A stretch of 32,000 nucleotides of DNA from NCBI RefSeq assembly GCF_014396165.1, contig NZ_CP060715.1, positions 420,001 through 452,000 of the forward strand, in the 5' to 3' direction. Origin of the DNA: Erysipelothrix inopinata. GTDB taxonomy: Bacteria; Bacillota_I; Bacilli_A; Erysipelotrichales; Erysipelotrichaceae. This document shows, piece after piece, positions 27,594-32,000 of this stretch. Below the pieces are notes generated by a model, which had not been told where the DNA came from, made no database searches, and worked only from the letters and a program-made list of their open reading frames with translations. A program made the position numbers and the translations under genes. Every line of letters begins with the position of its first letter. Position 1 is the first letter of the stretch.

Positions 27594-27611
27594 AGAATAC
27601 CTCTTGGTTAT

Positions 27612-27620
27612 ATTATAGCA
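27612..27620 (-). promoter_or_regulatory. Extended -10 element (TGcTATAAT) upstream of the 416-aa membrane protein gene
   Basis: The minus strand reads aaaTGCTATAATata. The element ends about 18 nt before the ATG at 27593, which implies a very short leader. Confidence 0.4.
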
Positions 27621-27824
27621 TTTATCCTTGCATTATAAATAATAAAGCGTTATCATATAGCTAACAACTTAATAATAAACATAGGTTGTTACTGTATTCA
27701 TTGTCTCTCTAAATATAATATATAATTTCCTTCTTAACCACTTATATATTATATGATAATGAAACACTATCTCTCTAGTGAAAAGGGCATCTGGCTCTTT
27801 TCTTTTGTTTATATGAGGTATACT

Positions 27825-28817
27825 ATGACCATGACATTTACAGATAGATTATTAAATTGGTACCATGAGAACAAACGCGAGCTTCCCTTTCGAAGCCAAA
27901 AAGACCCTTATAAAATATGGGTCAGCGAGATCATGGCACAACAAACTCAAATAGCAACAATGATTCCATACTACAACCGATGGATTGAAAAGTACCCTGA
28001 TGTCCAAACCCTTGCACAAGCAGATATCGATGAAGTATTAAAGATGTGGGAAGGACTTGGATATTATCGACGTGCACGAAATTTACATAAAGGTGCCCAA
28101 TATGTGGTGGAAAACTTTGATGGCGTTATTCCCCGTGATAAAAAACTATTAATGGATATTCCTGGAATTGGTGACTACACTTCTTCGGCAATTGCATCCA
28201 TTGCTTTCAGTTTGCCTGAAGTAGCGATTGACGGTAACGTTAAACGTGTCATGGCCCGCTATCTAAACTACACCGAAAGTGTCAACACTCGCGCATGCCA
28301 TAAATATTTCGAAGAATTTTTAAAAGAAGAACTTCTTAAAAATGGTGCAGATCCTAGTGATTTCACTCAGGCACTTATGGAACTGGGTGCTCTTGTATGT
28401 ACCCCTTCCAATACACAATGTATTGGTTGTCCCTTCAAAGAAATGTGCGCTTGTTACCGTGGCGAGTGTGTTGGAACAATTCCTTATATTCCAAAAGCAA
28501 AACCGGTTCCTTCATATGATAAAACCGTTTATATCGTTACAGATAAAACTCGCATTCTAATTTCTAACGATCACTCTGATGGATTAATGGAAGGTCTTTT
28601 TAGACTTCCACAAGTCGAAGGTCATCTTGATGATAAACCTAATGCCAAATTAGTTCATAAATTCTCACATCTGCATTGGAACATTCACGCATATATTGTA
28701 GACTCTTTACCTGAAACTTCAGATGATTGGTTTTGGGTACCACTCCAAGATCTCATTGATACACATCCAATGATTACTGCTCATAAGAAAATTCTGAAAA
28801 AATTAGATATTCTTTAA
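27825..28817 (+). CDS. mutY: A/G-specific adenine DNA glycosylase
   Basis: I prefer the start at MTMTFTDRLL because a GAGGT RBS lies 5 nt upstream. The protein has VSEIMAQQTQ, an HhH-GPD segment (IPGIGDYTSSAI...AIDGNVKRV) and a 4Fe-4S loop (CTPSNTQCIGCPFKEMC). A C-terminal MutT-like domain is present. Confidence 0.88.
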   Translation: MTMTFTDRLLNWYHENKRELPFRSQKDPYKIWVSEIMAQQTQIATMIPYYNRWIEKYPDVQTLAQADIDEVLKMWEGLGYYRRARNLHKGAQYVVENFDGVIPRDKKLLMDIPGIGDYTSSAIASIAFSLPEVAIDGNVKRVMARYLNYTESVNTRACHKYFEEFLKEELLKNGADPSDFTQALMELGALVCTPSNTQCIGCPFKEMCACYRGECVGTIPYIPKAKPVPSYDKTVYIVTDKTRILISNDHSDGLMEGLFRLPQVEGHLDDKPNAKLVHKFSHLHWNIHAYIVDSLPETSDDWFWVPLQDLIDTHPMITAHKKILKKLDIL

Positions 28818-28927
28818 GTCCAAATTTGCATCCTTTTGTCAATTTGTTTCTACCTCTCAGTTGCTAGCTGACTCACTCTATTAAAAACAGTAATATAATG
28901 AGCTCAAAAGAATACTAAGGAGGAACT

Positions 28928-29086
28928 ATGACACCAGAACAAGAATTTTACATGAACTATTCCATCACAGATGCGAAGCTTACAATGTATTTAAAATTCT
29001 CATGCATCATCTTAATTATTTCGATTATAGTATTTTTATTTCTATATCTTTACCTAGAAAACAAAAAAATCAAAGCTCTTAAATAA
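28928..29086 (+). CDS. Hypothetical 52-aa small membrane protein
   Basis: A strong RBS (AAGGAGGA) lies 5 nt before the ATG. The product is MTPEQEFYMNYSITDAKLTMYLKFSCIILIISIIVFLFLYLYLENKKIKALK, with one C-terminal TM helix. A hairpin follows 5 nt after the stop. The ORF is below the ORF-track cutoff. Confidence 0.45.
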   Translation: MTPEQEFYMNYSITDAKLTMYLKFSCIILIISIIVFLFLYLYLENKKIKALK

Positions 29087-29090
29087 GTGA

Positions 29091-29125
29091 AAGAACCGAC
29101 TCTGAATATCAGAGCCGGTTCTTTT
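29091..29125. terminator. Shared hairpin between the convergent 52-aa ORF and the secreted-protein gene
   Basis: The arms aagaaccgactctga and tcagagccggttctt pair over 14 bp with one A-C mismatch around a 3-nt loop. The T tract on the plus strand is short. The stop of the minus-strand gene (29126-29128) abuts the hairpin. Confidence 0.6.
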
Positions 29126-29836
29126 CTAGTTCAAGCCAAAACTTGCATAATAACCATTACCAGAAGGTCTGACAAATAAACGAAGTGCATAAGTACCCGA
29201 ATAATAGTCACCTTTGATATTAGCTTTCATAACCGCTTCCGCATAACCACTGCTTGTTGGTTTACTTTTGACGATGGTTGGGTTTTGAGTAATCGTGTAA
29301 CTTGCACCTGGTCCCGAAACCAAGATGCCAGGCTCATACACTGAGGTCAGTTCAACATGTCCTCCATACGCATAAGTAACATTAGCGTAGTATGTCATCG
29401 TGACAATTCCATAAGTGCCATTAACTTTGAGTCTTAGATTACTATAGCCACTTCCTGATTGAGAACCGACAGAATCCACCCAAGCGTTCCAAGTTGCTCT
29501 ACTTGCTCTTAGTCCGTTAATCTCATATGCATCAGGTTGAATCTCTAGTATTTTTACCGAACCATCAGGATAGCGATATCTTTCAATTTTTGATCCATCT
29601 TCAAACTCCAGTTCATATTCAGGTTCAACATGATCATAATCGTCATCGAGAGAATTCGGCGTCTCGCCATTCTGTATTTTCTCTACCAAACTTGGTATTG
29701 CTTCTTCATACACACCAATTTCTTCCAATTTAGTAGAGATATCATCAATTTCAGTTGCGGAAACATTAGTCGTTAAGTAAATTACGGTCAGCGTTGATAA
29801 GACAGTTAAATTGAATAATTTAAGTAGTTTATTCAC
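29126..29836 (-). CDS. Secreted protein of unknown function (Sec signal peptide, acidic N-terminal region, beta-rich Gly/Ser/Tyr C-terminal domain)
   Basis: I prefer a GTG start at 29836 because an AGGAGGA RBS lies 6 nt upstream. The signal peptide reads VNKLLKLFNLTVLSTLTVIYLTTNVSA|TE. No lipobox Cys, LPXTG motif or recognisable catalytic motif is present. Confidence 0.7.
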   Translation of the reverse strand: MNKLLKLFNLTVLSTLTVIYLTTNVSATEIDDISTKLEEIGVYEEAIPSLVEKIQNGETPNSLDDDYDHVEPEYELEFEDGSKIERYRYPDGSVKILEIQPDAYEINGLRASRATWNAWVDSVGSQSGSGYSNLRLKVNGTYGIVTMTYYANVTYAYGGHVELTSVYEPGILVSGPGASYTITQNPTIVKSKPTSSGYAEAVMKANIKGDYYSGTYALRLFVRPSGNGYYASFGLN

Positions 29837-29962
29837 TCTACATCCTCCTCTATTTAACAACCTCTTATGAATTCAGTTTTCCATCCTTTCTGTTTTTTTG
29901 AATTCATCTGGTTTAATATAAGTTATCCACAATCACAATGATTCCTATTGACTCTTGAATAC

Positions 29963-30003
29963 TAAAAAGCCGTAATAAACGAACTCAGTCGATATTACGG
30001 CTT
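29963..30003 (-). terminator. Rho-independent terminator after the NCS2 permease gene
   Basis: An 11-bp stem, aagccgtaata with tattacggctt, has a 15-nt loop. On the minus RNA it is followed by UUUUU. Confidence 0.7.
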
Positions 30004-30029
30004 ATCTTGCTAGGCCAAGATGCTGATGA

Positions 30030-31403
30030 TTATCCCAATGCAACAATTACAAAGTTGATGACAAAGAGTAATGTACTTCCATAAACAATCGGATGAACTT
30101 CTTTTGCCTTACCGGTTGTAACTTTCACAAGAATGTATGAAATAAAACCAAATGCCAATCCATTAGAGATACTGTAAGTTAAAACTGTCATTAACACTGT
30201 AAAGAATGCGGGAATTGCATCCTCAAAGTTCGTCCATTCAATATCCGCAAATGATCCTGCCATAAGGATTCCAACAACAATCAATGCAGGTGCTGTAGCA
30301 GCAGAAGGAATTAATCCAATCACTGGTGCAGCAACAATACTGAGTAAGAAAAGAATTGCTGTAACAACAGAGGTTAGTCCTGTTCGTCCACCAACACCAA
30401 TCCCTGCTGAACTTTCAACGAATGTTGTGACATTTGATGTTCCTAAAATAGATCCTGCTGTAGTAGCAACCATATCTGCGAAGAGACCGCGTTCCATTTT
30501 TGAATTAAGCCCCGATCCCGTCTCCATTGCTTTTTCATCTTCATCAGTAAAAATTCCAGAGCGACGTCCTGTACCAATAAAAGTACCAATTGTATCAAAT
30601 GTATCAGTGAGGCTGAAAGCAAAAATAATAGGAATAACTTTGAAGATATCATGATTTGTAAAGAGACTTACGATTCCTTCTTTACCCAGAGCAACACCGA
30701 AAATACTCTTGAAGTCAGCGAAAACTGTTCCGTAACTGTCGGCGCCACTACCGATACTTGATATATCCACAATCCCCATTGGAATACCAATTATAGTAGT
30801 CACGATGATACTGATTAAAATAGCCCCTTTAACTTTCTTTAACATAAGAATTAAAGTAATAGCAATACCAATAATTGCAAGCAACACATTCGGATCTTGG
30901 AAATTGGTAAGACTTGGTACCCCAGCACTAAAGTTGATAAATCCAACATTTAATAATCCAATATATGCAATAAACAATCCAATTCCTGCCCCAATCGCTT
31001 GTTGTAACGTTTCAGGAATTGCTTTTACAAGCTGCTTTCTAATGCTTGTAACGGTTATAATCATGTTTATAACACCGCAAACAAATACCATCGCAAGTGC
31101 TTCATACGGTGTAAAGCCACCGATAATTACAACAGTATAGGTAAAGAATGCATTCAGTCCCATCCCTGGAGCTTGAGCATAAGGAATGTTTGCATAAAGT
31201 CCCATCATGAGTGTTCCAATAACTGCTGATAGAATTGTTGCGATATAAACACCATTACGTGGTAATCCAGTTTCAGCAAGCATTTGTGGATGCACAAATA
31301 ACACATATGCCATTGTAAAAAATGTTGTAACACCTGCTAATACTTCAGTACTGAAAGTCGTATTATGTTCTTTCAACTTAAAGAAATTTTCTATTTTTCT
31401 CAT
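30030..31403 (-). CDS. NCS2/AzgA-family purine (guanine/hypoxanthine-type) permease, PbuG-like
   Basis: The 457-aa polytopic protein has an N-terminus (FFKLKEHNTTFSTEVLAGVTTFFTMAYVLFVHPQML) typical of AzgA/PbuG-type permeases. A GGGAGAG RBS is present. A purine riboswitch precedes the gene. Confidence 0.9.
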   Translation of the reverse strand: MRKIENFFKLKEHNTTFSTEVLAGVTTFFTMAYVLFVHPQMLAETGLPRNGVYIATILSAVIGTLMMGLYANIPYAQAPGMGLNAFFTYTVVIIGGFTPYEALAMVFVCGVINMIITVTSIRKQLVKAIPETLQQAIGAGIGLFIAYIGLLNVGFINFSAGVPSLTNFQDPNVLLAIIGIAITLILMLKKVKGAILISIIVTTIIGIPMGIVDISSIGSGADSYGTVFADFKSIFGVALGKEGIVSLFTNHDIFKVIPIIFAFSLTDTFDTIGTFIGTGRRSGIFTDEDEKAMETGSGLNSKMERGLFADMVATTAGSILGTSNVTTFVESSAGIGVGGRTGLTSVVTAILFLLSIVAAPVIGLIPSAATAPALIVVGILMAGSFADIEWTNFEDAIPAFFTVLMTVLTYSISNGLAFGFISYILVKVTTGKAKEVHPIVYGSTLLFVINFVIVALG

Positions 31404-31440
31404 TTTCTCTCCCTTGTATTTTCTTTGATTTAAACCAAAT

Positions 31441-31546
31441 AAAAAAGATCGGGAGAAACGATCCTAGGTTTCACCACGATAGTCGATACATTTACGGTGT
31501 ATCGGTAGATACTACCCAACCATATTTTGGGTATTATATTCGGTAT
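31441..31546 (-). promoter_or_regulatory. Purine riboswitch (guanine class, C at the specificity position) with an intrinsic terminator as expression platform
   Basis: The minus-strand RNA reads UAUAAUACCCAAAAUAUGGUUGGGUAGUAUCUACCGAUACACCGUAAAUGUAUCGACUAUC. It aligns almost position for position with the B. subtilis xpt aptamer (UAUAAU..P2..AUAUGG..AGUxUCUACC..P3..CCGUAAAU..CGACUAU). The aptamer spans about 31473-31546. A terminator hairpin (GGAUCG UUUCUC CGAUCU followed by U6) lies at about 31441-31466. Confidence 0.85.
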
Positions 31547-31558
31547 AAATACACTTAA

Positions 31559-31587
31559 AGTGTAAAAGAACCCTATTTAAATGTCAA
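31559..31587 (-). promoter_or_regulatory. Candidate sigma-A promoter driving the riboswitch-permease transcript
   Basis: On the minus strand the sequence reads TTGACA (31582-31587), then a 17-nt spacer, then TACACT (31559-31564). It lies about 13 nt upstream of the aptamer. Confidence 0.55.
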
Positions 31588-31593
31588 GGATAA

Positions 31594-32000
31594 CTATAAA
31601 TCGAATGGTTTATATGATGTTTGTTTAATTTCGAAGGTACCAAAGCCATTCGTATAAGCGATAACTTGTTGTTGATAATTAATAGAAAACTTCAGGTACA
31701 TTTCACCACGGATAACTATCATCTCTCCTTCGTAATCGGTACTTTGAATCGTTGCAGAAACATTAGTTAATTCTCTATACGCCTGCTTTAGAGAATAATC
31801 CGGAATTCGTAGTATAAATTCGCCTACTGGCTCAAGTTCCGTAAACTCAACTCGGCTCATTATTTTATGATACAAAACTTCGGTTGCATGCCTAAAGTCT
31901 GAAGGTGTACTCACTGGACTCGCAAATTCAGCTCCGGTTAATGTTAATTTAAAGTCTGTTATGAGTTTTCCTCTATAAGGAACAGAAACTAGTCTATCCA
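31594..32000 (-). CDS. Hypothetical protein, C-terminal part (5' end probably outside the window)
   Basis: The ORF track starts at a GTG at 31914. The same frame stays open without stops up to the window edge (..DRLVSVPYRGKLITDFKLTLTGAEFASPVSTPSDF..). No RBS is evident before the GTG, so the gene most likely begins beyond position 32000. I recognised no motif. Confidence 0.6.
   Translation of the reverse strand, partial: DRLVSVPYRGKLITDFKLTLTGAEFASPVSTPSDFRHATEVLYHKIMSRVEFTELEPVGEFILRIPDYSLKQAYRELTNVSATIQSTDYEGEMIVIRGEMYLKFSINYQQQVIAYTNGFGTFEIKQTSYKPFDL

Noticed and set aside
29867-29907. An inverted repeat ATGAATTC...GAATTCAT (two EcoRI-site palindromes 25 nt apart) upstream of the secreted-protein gene, as a possible operator.
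   Set aside because: There are only 8 bp per arm and each arm is itself a short palindrome. The loop is long and T-rich, and the motif does not recur elsewhere in the window. This is too weak to call.

Overview
This is a low-GC chromosomal segment that looks like a Bacillota genome. The gene content is reminiscent of Erysipelotrichia or Clostridia-type gut Firmicutes, but I cannot verify the taxon without a database search. All calls come from reading the sequence and the supplied ORF translations by hand; no BLAST, HMM or folding was run.

Most of the window is housekeeping and mostly on the minus strand:
- a NifU-like 3' fragment
- a heterodimeric ABC exporter pair followed by a 72-aa membrane protein
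- a trmH-like/nadE operon
- a queA operon carrying two small membrane proteins and an SGNH-like protein
- tpx plus a Nudix-like gene
- map-typA-tgt
- ldh, divergent from a class II HMG-CoA reductase
- mutY
- an NCS2 purine permease behind a guanine-type purine riboswitch

The stand-out accessory block is about 10.43-18.73 kb on the plus strand. It holds an OmpR-type response regulator and an intramembrane-sensing histidine kinase. These are followed by two tandem paralogous ATPase plus 860-aa double-FtsX permease modules, a direct duplication with a period of about 3.3 kb. The two copies show a striking mosaic of divergence:
- The extracytoplasmic domains are highly diverged.
- The TM segments are protein-identical but synonymously diverged.
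- One tract of about 640 bp is nearly identical and looks like recent gene conversion.

Other points worth a second look:
- an SGNH-fold protein and a Nudix-fold protein that both appear to lack their catalytic signature residues
- a multi-TM protein with a C-terminal His...Asn-Cys domain
- an orphan secreted beta-rich protein convergent with a 52-aa membrane ORF
- a decayed mini-locus at 0.3-0.9 kb

I saw no rRNA, tRNA, CRISPR array, transposase, integrase or phage genes.
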